NCBI RefSeq assembly: GCF_044324785.1
Contig: NZ_CP172127.1
From: Escherichia coli
GTDB taxonomy: Bacteria > Pseudomonadota > Gammaproteobacteria > Enterobacterales > Enterobacteriaceae
DNA length: 64,000 nucleotides
Strand: one strand, 5' to 3'
Shown here: in pieces, positions 34,480-43,832 of the stretch
How the letters are laid out: each line of letters begins with the position of its first letter
Position numbering within the stretch: the stretch's first letter is position 1
Translations under genes and position numbers: made by a program
The notes under the pieces: model-generated
What the model saw: only the letters and a program-made list of their open reading frames with translations
Database searches by the model: none
Told to the model about the DNA's origin: nothing

Positions 34480-36630
34480 ATGGATACTAAAAAGATATTC
34501 AAGCACATACCCTGGGTGATTCTCGGAATCATCGGTGCATTCTGCCTCGCGGTAGTTGCATTACGTCGGGGGGAGCACGTCAGCGCCCTGTGGATCGTGG
34601 TCGCCTCTGTGTCGGTGTATCTGGTGGCGTATCGCTACTACAGTCTGTACATCGCCCAGAAGGTAATGAAACTCGACCCCACGCGCGCGACGCCTGCGGT
34701 TATTAACAACGACGGTCTGAACTACGTTCCGACCAACCGTTACGTGTTGTTTGGTCACCACTTCGCCGCTATCGCCGGTGCCGGTCCGCTGGTTGGTCCG
34801 GTGCTCGCCGCGCAGATGGGCTACCTGCCTGGCACGCTGTGGCTGCTGGCGGGGGTCGTGCTGGCCGGTGCGGTACAGGACTTTATGGTGCTGTTTATCT
34901 CCTCTCGCCGTAACGGCGCATCTCTCGGTGAGATGATCAAAGAAGAGATGGGACCAGTACCGGGGACTATCGCGCTGTTTGGCTGTTTCTTAATCATGAT
35001 CATCATCCTCGCCGTCCTGGCGCTGATTGTGGTTAAAGCCCTGGCCGAAAGTCCGTGGGGTGTCTTCACCGTTTGCTCAACCGTACCGATTGCGCTGTTT
35101 ATGGGTATCTACATGCGCTTTATCCGTCCGGGGCGTGTGGGTGAAGTCTCTGTCATTGGTATCGTGCTGCTGGTTGCCTCTATCTACTTCGGTGGCGTGA
35201 TTGCACACGATCCGTACTGGGGTCCGGCACTGACCTTTAAAGACACCACCATTACCTTCGCGCTGATTGGCTATGCGTTTGTTTCCGCACTGCTGCCAGT
35301 GTGGCTGATCCTCGCACCGCGCGACTATCTGGCAACCTTCCTGAAAATCGGTGTTATCGTCGGCCTGGCGCTGGGTATCGTGGTGCTCAACCCGGAACTG
35401 AAAATGCCTGCGATGACTCAGTACATTGACGGTACTGGCCCGCTGTGGAAAGGCGCTCTGTTCCCGTTCCTGTTCATCACCATCGCCTGTGGTGCGGTAT
35501 CTGGCTTCCACGCGCTGATCTCTTCCGGTACGACGCCGAAACTGCTGGCTAATGAAACCGACGCGCGTTTCATCGGTTATGGCGCAATGCTGATGGAGTC
35601 CTTCGTGGCGATTATGGCGCTGGTTGCAGCGTCCATCATCGAACCGGGTCTTTACTTCGCGATGAACACCCCGCCTGCGGGCCTTGGCATCACCATGCCT
35701 AACCTGCATGAAATGGGTGGCGAGAACGCGCCGATCATCATGGCGCAGTTGAAAGACGTTACCGCACACGCGGCGGCGACCGTCAGCTCCTGGGGCTTCG
35801 TGATTTCGCCAGAGCAGATCCTGCAAACCGCGAAAGACATTGGTGAGCCTTCTGTCCTGAACCGTGCAGGTGGTGCGCCGACACTGGCGGTAGGTATCGC
35901 TCACGTGTTCCATAAAGTGCTGCCAATGGCTGACATGGGCTTCTGGTATCACTTCGGTATTCTGTTCGAAGCCCTGTTCATCCTGACCGCGCTGGATGCC
36001 GGTACCCGTTCTGGCCGCTTTATGCTGCAAGACCTGCTGGGTAACTTCATCCCGTTCCTGAAAAAAACCGACTCTCTGGTTGCTGGTATCATCGGTACTG
36101 CGGGTTGTGTGGGTCTGTGGGGCTACCTGCTGTATCAGGGCGTGGTCGATCCGCTGGGCGGCGTTAAGAGCCTGTGGCCGCTGTTCGGTATCTCCAACCA
36201 GATGCTGGCAGCCGTGGCGCTGGTACTGGGTACCGTTGTGCTGATTAAGATGAAGCGCACCCAATACATCTGGGTAACTGTTGTTCCGGCTGTATGGCTG
36301 CTTATCTGCACCACCTGGGCGCTGGGCCTGAAACTGTTCAGCACCAACCCGCAGATGGAAGGCTTCTTCTACATGGCAAGCCAGTACAAAGAGAAGATTG
36401 CTAACGGTACTGACCTGACGGCGCAGCAGATTGCCAACATGAACCACATCGTTGTGAACAACTACACCAACGCAGGCCTGAGTATTCTGTTCCTGATTGT
36501 GGTGTACAGCATCATCTTCTACGGTTTCAAAACCTGGCTGAAGGTGCGTAACAGCGACAAACGTACTGACAAAGAAACACCGTACGTTCCAATCCCGGAA
36601 GGCGGCGTGAAGATCTCTTCGCACCACTAA
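34480..36630 (+). CDS. btsT: CstA-family pyruvate/H+ symporter BtsT (YjiY, 716 aa)
   Basis: Protein MDTKKIFKHIPWVILGIIGAFCLAVVALRRGEHVSALWIVVASVSVYLVAYRYYSLYIAQKV...; internal start chosen. Confidence 0.9.
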   Translation: MDTKKIFKHIPWVILGIIGAFCLAVVALRRGEHVSALWIVVASVSVYLVAYRYYSLYIAQKVMKLDPTRATPAVINNDGLNYVPTNRYVLFGHHFAAIAGAGPLVGPVLAAQMGYLPGTLWLLAGVVLAGAVQDFMVLFISSRRNGASLGEMIKEEMGPVPGTIALFGCFLIMIIILAVLALIVVKALAESPWGVFTVCSTVPIALFMGIYMRFIRPGRVGEVSVIGIVLLVASIYFGGVIAHDPYWGPALTFKDTTITFALIGYAFVSALLPVWLILAPRDYLATFLKIGVIVGLALGIVVLNPELKMPAMTQYIDGTGPLWKGALFPFLFITIACGAVSGFHALISSGTTPKLLANETDARFIGYGAMLMESFVAIMALVAASIIEPGLYFAMNTPPAGLGITMPNLHEMGGENAPIIMAQLKDVTAHAAATVSSWGFVISPEQILQTAKDIGEPSVLNRAGGAPTLAVGIAHVFHKVLPMADMGFWYHFGILFEALFILTALDAGTRSGRFMLQDLLGNFIPFLKKTDSLVAGIIGTAGCVGLWGYLLYQGVVDPLGGVKSLWPLFGISNQMLAAVALVLGTVVLIKMKRTQYIWVTVVPAVWLLICTTWALGLKLFSTNPQMEGFFYMASQYKEKIANGTDLTAQQIANMNHIVVNNYTNAGLSILFLIVVYSIIFYGFKTWLKVRNSDKRTDKETPYVPIPEGGVKISSHH

Positions 36631-36679
36631 CCGTGTTTAGCCCCGCTTCGGCGGGGCTTTGTTCTTATCAGAGTGAACT

Positions 36680-36883
36680 ATGTTTGGTAACTTAGGACAG
36701 GCAAAAAAATATCTCGGCCAGGCGGCGAAGATGTTGATTGGCATTCCAGACTACGACAACTACGTCGAGCATATGAAGACCAACCATCCCGACAAGCCGT
36801 ACATGAGCTATGAAGAATTCTTCCGCGAACGCCAGAACGCGCGCTACGGCGGCGATGGTAAAGGCGGTATGCGCTGTTGTTAA
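36680..36883 (+). CDS. yjiX: DUF466 small protein YjiX (67 aa)
   Basis: [70 protein letters not shown], immediately downstream of the CstA-family transporter gene. Confidence 0.85.
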
Positions 36884-36893
36884 TGGAGAGAGC

Positions 36894-37850
36894 ATGAACC
36901 CGATTGCAGTTACCCTACTCACCGGTTTTTTAGGCGCGGGCAAAACCACCCTGCTGCGCCATATTCTTAACGAACAACACGGCTACAAGATTGCCGTGAT
37001 TGAAAACGAATTCGGCGAAGTCTCCGTTGATGATCAATTGATTGGCGACCGCGCCACGCAGATCAAAACGCTGACCAACGGCTGCATCTGCTGTTCGCGC
37101 TCCAACGAGCTGGAAGACGCACTACTCGACCTGCTGGATAATCTCGACAAGGGCAATATTCAGTTCGACCGTCTGGTCATTGAATGCACCGGCATGGCCG
37201 ATCCCGGCCCGATTATTCAGACCTTTTTCTCCCATGAGATTTTATGCCAGCGCTACCTGCTGGACGGCGTGATTGCGCTGGTGGACGCGGTACATGCCGA
37301 TGAGCAGATGAACCAGTTCACCATCGCCCAGTCACAAGTGGGCTACGCCGACCGTATTCTGCTGACTAAAACCGACGTCGTAGGCGAAGCAGAAAAACTG
37401 CGCGAACGCCTGGCGCGCATCAACGCCCGCGCACCGGTCTACACCGTCACCCACGGCGACATCGACCTGGGCCTGCTGTTCAACACCAACGGTTTTATGC
37501 TGGAAGAAAACGTCGTCAGCACCAAACCGCGTTTCCACTTTATCGCGGATAAACAAAACGATATTTCGTCGATTGTGGTGGAACTGGATTACCCGGTAGA
37601 TATCAGCGAAGTTTCCCGGGTGATGGAAAACCTGCTGCTGGAATCGGCGGATAAACTGCTGCGTTACAAAGGGATGCTGTGGATTGACGGCGAACCTAAC
37701 CGTCTGCTATTCCAGGGCGTCCAGCGCCTCTACAGCGCCGACTGGGACCGCCCGTGGGGCGATGAAAAACCGCATAGCACGATGGTGTTTATCGGGATTC
37801 AGCTGCCGGAGGATGAGATTCGGGCGGCGTTTGCGGGGTTGAGGAAGTAA
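36894..37850 (+). CDS. yjiA: COG0523-family P-loop GTPase YjiA (318 aa)
   Basis: Protein MNPIAVTLLTGFLGAGKTTLLRHILNEQHGYKIAVIENEFGEVSVDDQLIG... with GCICCS motif; internal start chosen. Confidence 0.9.
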   Translation: MNPIAVTLLTGFLGAGKTTLLRHILNEQHGYKIAVIENEFGEVSVDDQLIGDRATQIKTLTNGCICCSRSNELEDALLDLLDNLDKGNIQFDRLVIECTGMADPGPIIQTFFSHEILCQRYLLDGVIALVDAVHADEQMNQFTIAQSQVGYADRILLTKTDVVGEAEKLRERLARINARAPVYTVTHGDIDLGLLFNTNGFMLEENVVSTKPRFHFIADKQNDISSIVVELDYPVDISEVSRVMENLLLESADKLLRYKGMLWIDGEPNRLLFQGVQRLYSADWDRPWGDEKPHSTMVFIGIQLPEDEIRAAFAGLRK

Positions 37851-37861
37851 TTTTGGATGAT

Positions 37862-37892
37862 GGCCGCCATGTGGCGGCCTGAATTATTTTTT
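37862..37892 (+). terminator. Rho-independent terminator of yjiA
   Basis: ggccgcca-tg-tggcggcc hairpin followed by tgaattatttttt; its T-tract overlaps the stop codon of the convergent BrnA-like ORF. Confidence 0.8.
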
Positions 37893-38186
37893 GTTCTGAT
37901 CGCGCAGCATCGCTTCACGTAAAATTGCGTTCAGGCGAGTTTGATAGCCTTTACCTGGTCGCTTCAACCATTCCATCACATCAGCATCAATACGCACCGA
38001 AGCCTGAGTTTTCAATGGCCGATAAAACTTACCGCGTTCTGCGTTAGACCATTGCTCATCGCTGGAAGGTGGGATATCACTGTAATCAATCTCTTCGTCG
38101 GATTTATTCGCCAGAGCCTTCAGTTCGGCCTCATGCTGCACATCGAGTGTAGAGGAGGTCCCTCGTTTATGTTTAACCATGCTCAT
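37884..38186 (-). CDS. BrnA-like (DUF4415/CopG-type) putative antitoxin, about 100 aa
   Basis: C-terminal ...SVRIDADVMEWLKRPGKGYQTRLNAILREAM resembles the ribbon-helix-helix tail of BrnA-family antitoxins; start chosen at ATG 38186 with GAGAGGA Shine-Dalgarno (track ORF extends to a GTG at 38252). Confidence 0.6.
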   Translation of the reverse strand: MSMVKHKRGTSSTLDVQHEAELKALANKSDEEIDYSDIPPSSDEQWSNAERGKFYRPLKTQASVRIDADVMEWLKRPGKGYQTRLNAILREAMLRDQNKK

Positions 38187-38324
38187 AGCGATTCCTCTCT
38201 TTACGATCTGCTTTTCGTGCACTGATGATTCGAATGTTGGAAATAGCATCACGTTTTAGGAAAAGATAGGGAAGTTGATATGAAGGGGCTGGATGGCAGC
38301 ATTGGGACACCATCCAGCATTTAT

Positions 38325-39059
38325 TCAAACCTGATAGCAATCCACCAAAAATGCCATCATTTCACTGGCATCTTTGCTGTGATAAAAGCGCACCATTTTG
38401 CTGTTGAACTCCAGCGCACGAGCTGCGGGTACACTAATGGGATTGTAACCGTGGCGCATTAACCAGCCGTTCATCATATGGCGACTGGTACGCTTGTTGC
38501 CATCAAAGAAAAACTGAAAATAAGTACCAAATAAAAACATTGCCAGCGCCCCTTCGAATGGTGGCATCTCTTTTATTTGTGCCACACCTGCGGCGAATAT
38601 TCGATTCAGTTCAGGTGCACCTGCTTCAGTGGCTGGTGGAAAATGAGTGCCCAGTTCACCGAGATGAACGCGCGCATTGTAATGTAACTCTTCACCTTCG
38701 CCGCGAAAAACGCCCCACTCCAGCGCCTCATTACGCGCAATAATGCCGTTAAGTAACGTGAACGTTTTCTTATCAAGGTCAAAACGCCCGAATTGCACAA
38801 GTTCAATCAGTTTTTTTGCGCTATCTGCCAGGTTCAACACCTGCTCAGTATCACTGACCTTATGCCCGCCAACAGTGACGCCATCGAGCAACGTTTTAAC
38901 TTCAACAAAGGTATAGGGGTTATTTTCCAGTTGCGCGGCATCCCAGACAAACCCAGCCATATGCGTTTTGAAGGTAAATAAGGCTGCGCGCGTACCGACA
39001 ATTTGCATCGCCGGGATGGCATTTGCATTCCAGCTCAGGTCCAGTAGTTTGGTTGTCAT
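38325..39059 (-). CDS. Divergent Fic/Doc-family-like protein (244 aa), catalytic-motif His replaced by Gln
   Basis: Motif QFFFDGNKRTSR (aa 181-192; DNA 38484..38519) aligns with the Doc motif HIFNDANKRTA and the Fic core HPFx[DE]GNGRxxR; AAGGA Shine-Dalgarno 8 nt upstream of the ATG. Confidence 0.5.
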   Translation of the reverse strand: MTTKLLDLSWNANAIPAMQIVGTRAALFTFKTHMAGFVWDAAQLENNPYTFVEVKTLLDGVTVGGHKVSDTEQVLNLADSAKKLIELVQFGRFDLDKKTFTLLNGIIARNEALEWGVFRGEGEELHYNARVHLGELGTHFPPATEAGAPELNRIFAAGVAQIKEMPPFEGALAMFLFGTYFQFFFDGNKRTSRHMMNGWLMRHGYNPISVPAARALEFNSKMVRFYHSKDASEMMAFLVDCYQV

Positions 39060-39102
39060 TAGAGGATCCTTGATTGCATGGTAAAGAGGATATTATTCCA
39101 TA

Positions 39103-41202
39103 TTAAACCATCGCGTTATCCATCTGCTTTTCAAATGCCTGACGAATTAATCCCATCACATAAGGAAGCTCAGAAAGATCGCTGAAACCTATTTCAACAT
39201 CGCCATTGCCCCAACGGCCTATATCTGTGACATCTTTAGCCATACATTTTGGGTCAACCAGTTCATGGAATGGCATATTTAGTGATAAACGTAAGCGGCT
39301 TTTTTGCGGCACCACATCAACAAAATTCGTCTCCGCTTTGAAGGCAACATAGAGCTTCAATATTTCTCGCGTAACCCCAGCGTCCAGCGTCATAACGGCA
39401 TCAGAAAGGCTGTCAAAAAGTACGCGGATGTGCGTACCTTCTTCAAGTTGCGGGAAATCAGCAAGGACATATCCCGTTCCTCGTTCAACGACAGTGCGAT
39501 AACGAGCCAACACGTCTTCCGAAAGTTTGGGGATCGCCCAGACGTCTATTGCCAGCTCGGACAGACGTTCCGCTCTCTTTTGTATCGCTGCACGATCCCA
39601 TATTTCACATTGCCCTAACCCCGTGTTCAGGCGTAATGGACTTTCCTTAAAGCCACCTTTTATATCTCGTTTCTTCGCAAATGGACGGTCGCTGTAGCTT
39701 GAGTTATAGCCAGTTAACGTTAAATTACCCAACGTATGGAGCCACTTTTTATGGATACGCTTCCATTCCGGACCAAGGTCATCGCGCCACTTCACCGATA
39801 AATTAGGGTTCTGCGGCATGATATGTTCAATCGTATAAGTGTCAACATAGACCCGTTCTTTACGATCGTGGTTTTCAAATCTGCGTAGCCAATAGCTGCG
39901 ATTACGGAAGTTGTAGAGATCGCGAGTTTTCAGTTCACGTTGAAATTCATCATCATCCGGGAAACGACGGTAGGAAGGCAGATCCAGCAAATGCGCCGCA
40001 ATGCTCTCCAGATAACGCTCTTTATCCAGCACTTTGTAAAACGTAGCGAAGGTTTTAGTAAATGAGTTGGTGGGAATTGCACAGACTGCGCGCCGGAAGA
40101 TATACGACTCAATTAAACGCGTGGCACCTAAAAAATCCACAGCAGAAAGGATCCCCTGTTTATAGTCGTGATAAAGCACCAACAGGAACGGCCATGCAGC
40201 ATCAACTTTCAGTTCCCGCAGATCCTGAAACGCCATCTTTAAGGTTTTATCCTTTTCGCTATCCAGCGCCATCGCACAAAAATAGTCAGCAAACGTACGA
40301 ATATCCGCAACCAGCGCCTCCATCCCGCTATCTATTACACCAGGTTTTCGCGCATAGCGTTTAAAGGCTTCATAGACATCACCAATTCGCGGAATCTCAC
40401 CTGTTTTTACCGTCAGGTAATTACGCATAAAACTGTCGAAATAGTCAGTGTATCCCTTCTGACCAAACGCCAGCTCCATGGGCCGCCAGTAATCGTCGTA
40501 CAGTTGGCTTTGATGTTCTGGCTCCAGCCCCATCAGAACATAGTTGCGTACTAGATCCGCCTGACTCAGCGCTTTTCCTGTTGAGTTCATGCTTTCAAAG
40601 ATTAGTTGCGGATTATCCTGACCGCGATTCAAGGCGACATCCACAATCAGCAGTTTGGAAAGTCCCTGACATAACGCGGTGAAATTGCCGTGGAGTTTGC
40701 CTATTTGCTCATGGAAAAACTCAAAATTCTCTTTCACGCGTAGAGAGCAATTTTCTGCCAGCGGTTTTTGTCTAATCAATGCCAGCAGGCTCTCTCTGTC
40801 CGTTTGCGTAAGCAGTAACTTAAATCCACGCTTGCCCGATTCATACGGATTGAGCAGATAATAGTTTCGTAATTTCATGGCGGAGAAACCATCCATCACC
40901 TCGTCATCGCCAAGGTGTCTGGACAACGCTTCCAGCAATAACATCGCCGTTGTCAGGCGTTGCTGACCGTCAATCATCAGTAAGGGAGAGATCCCCGAAA
41001 CCTGATATAGGCCCTGTTCGATATACACCACCGAGCCGATAAAATGCGCCGGGATATCATCACGCTGCCCGGCACGTATTACATCGTCCCAGAGCTGGCG
41101 GCACTGTTCCTCTGACCATGAATAAGTACGCTGATAAATGGGAATAACGAATTGCTGAGAGCGTTTTAGAAAATCGAGTAATCGGGCTTCGGTGGCTTTC
41201 AT
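39103..41202 (-). CDS. GmrSD/SspE-like type IV restriction protein (DUF262 N-terminal NTPase domain + DUF1524 HNH-like nuclease domain), 699 aa
   Basis: N-terminal FVIPIYQRTYSW and DGQQRLTT (DUF262/ParB-like signatures); C-terminal TYTIEHIMPQN...LHTLGNLTL (His-Me/HNH-like of DUF1524); AGGAG Shine-Dalgarno; additional C-terminal extension of about 130 aa. Confidence 0.75.
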   Translation of the reverse strand: MKATEARLLDFLKRSQQFVIPIYQRTYSWSEEQCRQLWDDVIRAGQRDDIPAHFIGSVVYIEQGLYQVSGISPLLMIDGQQRLTTAMLLLEALSRHLGDDEVMDGFSAMKLRNYYLLNPYESGKRGFKLLLTQTDRESLLALIRQKPLAENCSLRVKENFEFFHEQIGKLHGNFTALCQGLSKLLIVDVALNRGQDNPQLIFESMNSTGKALSQADLVRNYVLMGLEPEHQSQLYDDYWRPMELAFGQKGYTDYFDSFMRNYLTVKTGEIPRIGDVYEAFKRYARKPGVIDSGMEALVADIRTFADYFCAMALDSEKDKTLKMAFQDLRELKVDAAWPFLLVLYHDYKQGILSAVDFLGATRLIESYIFRRAVCAIPTNSFTKTFATFYKVLDKERYLESIAAHLLDLPSYRRFPDDDEFQRELKTRDLYNFRNRSYWLRRFENHDRKERVYVDTYTIEHIMPQNPNLSVKWRDDLGPEWKRIHKKWLHTLGNLTLTGYNSSYSDRPFAKKRDIKGGFKESPLRLNTGLGQCEIWDRAAIQKRAERLSELAIDVWAIPKLSEDVLARYRTVVERGTGYVLADFPQLEEGTHIRVLFDSLSDAVMTLDAGVTREILKLYVAFKAETNFVDVVPQKSRLRLSLNMPFHELVDPKCMAKDVTDIGRWGNGDVEIGFSDLSELPYVMGLIRQAFEKQMDNAMV

Positions 41203-41486
41203 GAATGACTCCTGTCAAATTGCACTGGCAAACGGCGTCATTATGCTGCGAATAAAAAATAAAAGTTAGCGTCTTTGTTTCTGCAAAAATACCATTCTAG
41301 GATAAATCAAAATATATTAAGAAACACCTCAACACGCATTCATTAGAACAATTAATATTTCCAATTCATATTTATAACGTATTGAAAATGATCGTGTTTT
41401 TGATCATCACAGCAATAGTTTGATATAACAAAGCATTCACTTCACATTGAATATCCCCCTCTTTTTCAGGGCAAGGAATGCTTTTT

Positions 41487-43832
41487 ATGTCATCAACTAA
41501 TTTCAGCCAGATTGCAGCCTTCCTGTGGTCTGTCGCCGACCTGTTACGCGGCGATTTTAAACAATCACAATATGGACGAATTATTCTTCCTTTTACCCTT
41601 TTGCGTCGTCTGGAATGCGTACTCGAAACAACGAAAGACGCGGTCATTACCGAGGCGCAAAAAGTAAAAGCCATGAAACTGCCGGAGGAAGCCCAGGAGA
41701 AAATGATCCTGCGGGCGACTAATGGCCTCACGTTCTTCAATGCCTCAGCGATGGATCTCAGCAAAATGGGGCAAAATGGCATACAGGACAACCTGGAAAA
41801 CTACATCCAGTCGTTCTCTTCGGATGCCCGCGAAATTTTCGAACACTTCAAGTTCAGCGAGTTTGTCGGACAGCTGGCGGATGCAAACTTACTGTTCAAA
41901 GTGGTGCAAATATTCGCTAAAGCAGATTTATACCCGGAGCACGTCACCAACCACGATATGGGGCTGGTATTTGAGGAGCTGATCCGACGTTTTGCCGAGA
42001 GTTCTAACGAAACCGCCGGGGAGCACTTTACCCCGCGTGATATCGTCAATCTGACCACCTCGCTGGTGTTTTTCGATGATGATGATGCACTCAATAAAGA
42101 CGGCATCATCCGCACCATTTACGACCCAACAGCAGGAACCGGCGGCTTTCTCTCTTCCGGCATGGAGTACGTCCACAAACAAAACCCCAATGCCGTGATG
42201 CGCGCGTTTGGTCAGGAGTTAAACCCGGAATCCTACGCCATCTGCAAAGCCGACATGCTGATTAAGGGCCAGGACGTCAGCCTTATCAAACTCGGCAACA
42301 CCCTTTCCAACGATCAACTCCCCGCAGAAAAATTCGATTACATGCTCTCTAACCCACCTTTCGGCGTGGACTGGAAAAAGATCGAATGCGACATCAACGA
42401 CGAGCACAAACTCCAAGGTGCTGATGGCCGCTTTGGCCCCGGCCTGCCCCGCGTCTCCGACGGTTCGTTGCTGTTTCTGCTGCACCTGATCAGCAAAATG
42501 CGCGATGCCAAAAGCGGTGGTGGGCGGATCGGCATCATTCTTAATGGCTCTCCGTTATTCACCGGCGGCGCGGGCAGCGGTGAAAGCGAGATCCGCCGCT
42601 ACATTCTGGAAGCGGATTTGCTGGAAGGCATTATCGCCCTGCCCACCGACATGTTTTACAACACCGGTATCGCTACCTATGTGTGGATTTTGTCGAATAA
42701 AAAAGCGCCTGAGCGCAAGGGCAAAGTCCAGCTTATCGACGCTAGCAACCTGTGCGGCAAGATGCGTAAATCGCTGGGGTCAAAACGCAATATTCTCGGG
42801 GAGGAGGATATTGGTTTAATCACCCGCACGTTTGGCGATTTCGAACCCGTTGCCACCACTACGCTTGCGGCGTTAGGCCTGGAGAAAGCACCCGAACAAA
42901 AATCCAGCCGGGGACGCCAGCCCGCAACAACCAAAACCGAGGCGGCAAAAACTTTTGCCAGCAAAGTCTTTCACAGCACCGAGTTTGGCTATCGTCGCAT
43001 CACCGTTGAGCGCCCGTTGCGCCTGTCGGCTCAGATAAGTGATGACGCCATTGCCACATTGCGCTTTGCGCCGAAGCCGTTTATCGCTCCGATGGCGCAA
43101 CTGTATGACGCCTTTGCTTTCCAGTGGCAGGACGGTCATTACGGCGACTTAACAGCGGTAGAAAGTGAAGCCCGCGCCATTCTTAAAGCCGATTTTAGCG
43201 AGCTGAAAGAGAAGCAAATTAAAGATCTGCTCAACAGCAAATTATGGCTGGCCCAGCGCGGGTTAATGGAAAAAGCGCGGCGTATTCAGGCGGCGATGGG
43301 TATGCAGGCGGGCGGCAAAGACACCGTTAGCAATGACTTTAATCAGTTCCAGTTGACGCTGAAAGAGGCGTTCAAAACCGCAGGCGTGAAGCTGGATGCG
43401 AAAGAGAACAAGCAGTTTATTGATGCCATTACCTGCAAAAACCCGGATGCCGAACCAGTTATCAGCAAGGTACTGAAAGAAGCAGCCCAACCGTTGTACG
43501 GCGCGTTTGAGTACCACGGAAAGGTTGTGGAGTTTGAGCCGGATGGCGACCTGCGTGATAACGAGAATGTGCCGTTAAATCCGGCGGTATCTACCAGCGA
43601 GTTGATCGAGGGTTACTTCAAAGCAGAAGTATTGCCGCACGTCGCGGATGCGTGGATTAACGCCGATAAGCGCGATGCGAAAGATGGGGATATCGGGATT
43701 GTGGGGTATGAAATTCCGTTTAATCGCCATTTTTATGTTTATCAACCGCCAAGGCCGCTGGAGGAGATTGATGCGGATCTGGATGCGGTAAGTGCTGAAA
43801 TTATGAAACTGTTGCAGGAGGTACATTCCTGA
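41487..43832 (+). CDS. hsdM: Type I restriction-modification N6-adenine DNA methyltransferase subunit HsdM (about 781 aa, with long C-terminal extension)
   Basis: SAM-binding motif [11 protein letters not shown] and catalytic motif IV NPPFG; start placed at second ATG (41487), which has AAGGA 9 nt upstream; stop overlaps hsdS start. Confidence 0.85.
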   Translation: MSSTNFSQIAAFLWSVADLLRGDFKQSQYGRIILPFTLLRRLECVLETTKDAVITEAQKVKAMKLPEEAQEKMILRATNGLTFFNASAMDLSKMGQNGIQDNLENYIQSFSSDAREIFEHFKFSEFVGQLADANLLFKVVQIFAKADLYPEHVTNHDMGLVFEELIRRFAESSNETAGEHFTPRDIVNLTTSLVFFDDDDALNKDGIIRTIYDPTAGTGGFLSSGMEYVHKQNPNAVMRAFGQELNPESYAICKADMLIKGQDVSLIKLGNTLSNDQLPAEKFDYMLSNPPFGVDWKKIECDINDEHKLQGADGRFGPGLPRVSDGSLLFLLHLISKMRDAKSGGGRIGIILNGSPLFTGGAGSGESEIRRYILEADLLEGIIALPTDMFYNTGIATYVWILSNKKAPERKGKVQLIDASNLCGKMRKSLGSKRNILGEEDIGLITRTFGDFEPVATTTLAALGLEKAPEQKSSRGRQPATTKTEAAKTFASKVFHSTEFGYRRITVERPLRLSAQISDDAIATLRFAPKPFIAPMAQLYDAFAFQWQDGHYGDLTAVESEARAILKADFSELKEKQIKDLLNSKLWLAQRGLMEKARRIQAAMGMQAGGKDTVSNDFNQFQLTLKEAFKTAGVKLDAKENKQFIDAITCKNPDAEPVISKVLKEAAQPLYGAFEYHGKVVEFEPDGDLRDNENVPLNPAVSTSELIEGYFKAEVLPHVADAWINADKRDAKDGDIGIVGYEIPFNRHFYVYQPPRPLEEIDADLDAVSAEIMKLLQEVHS

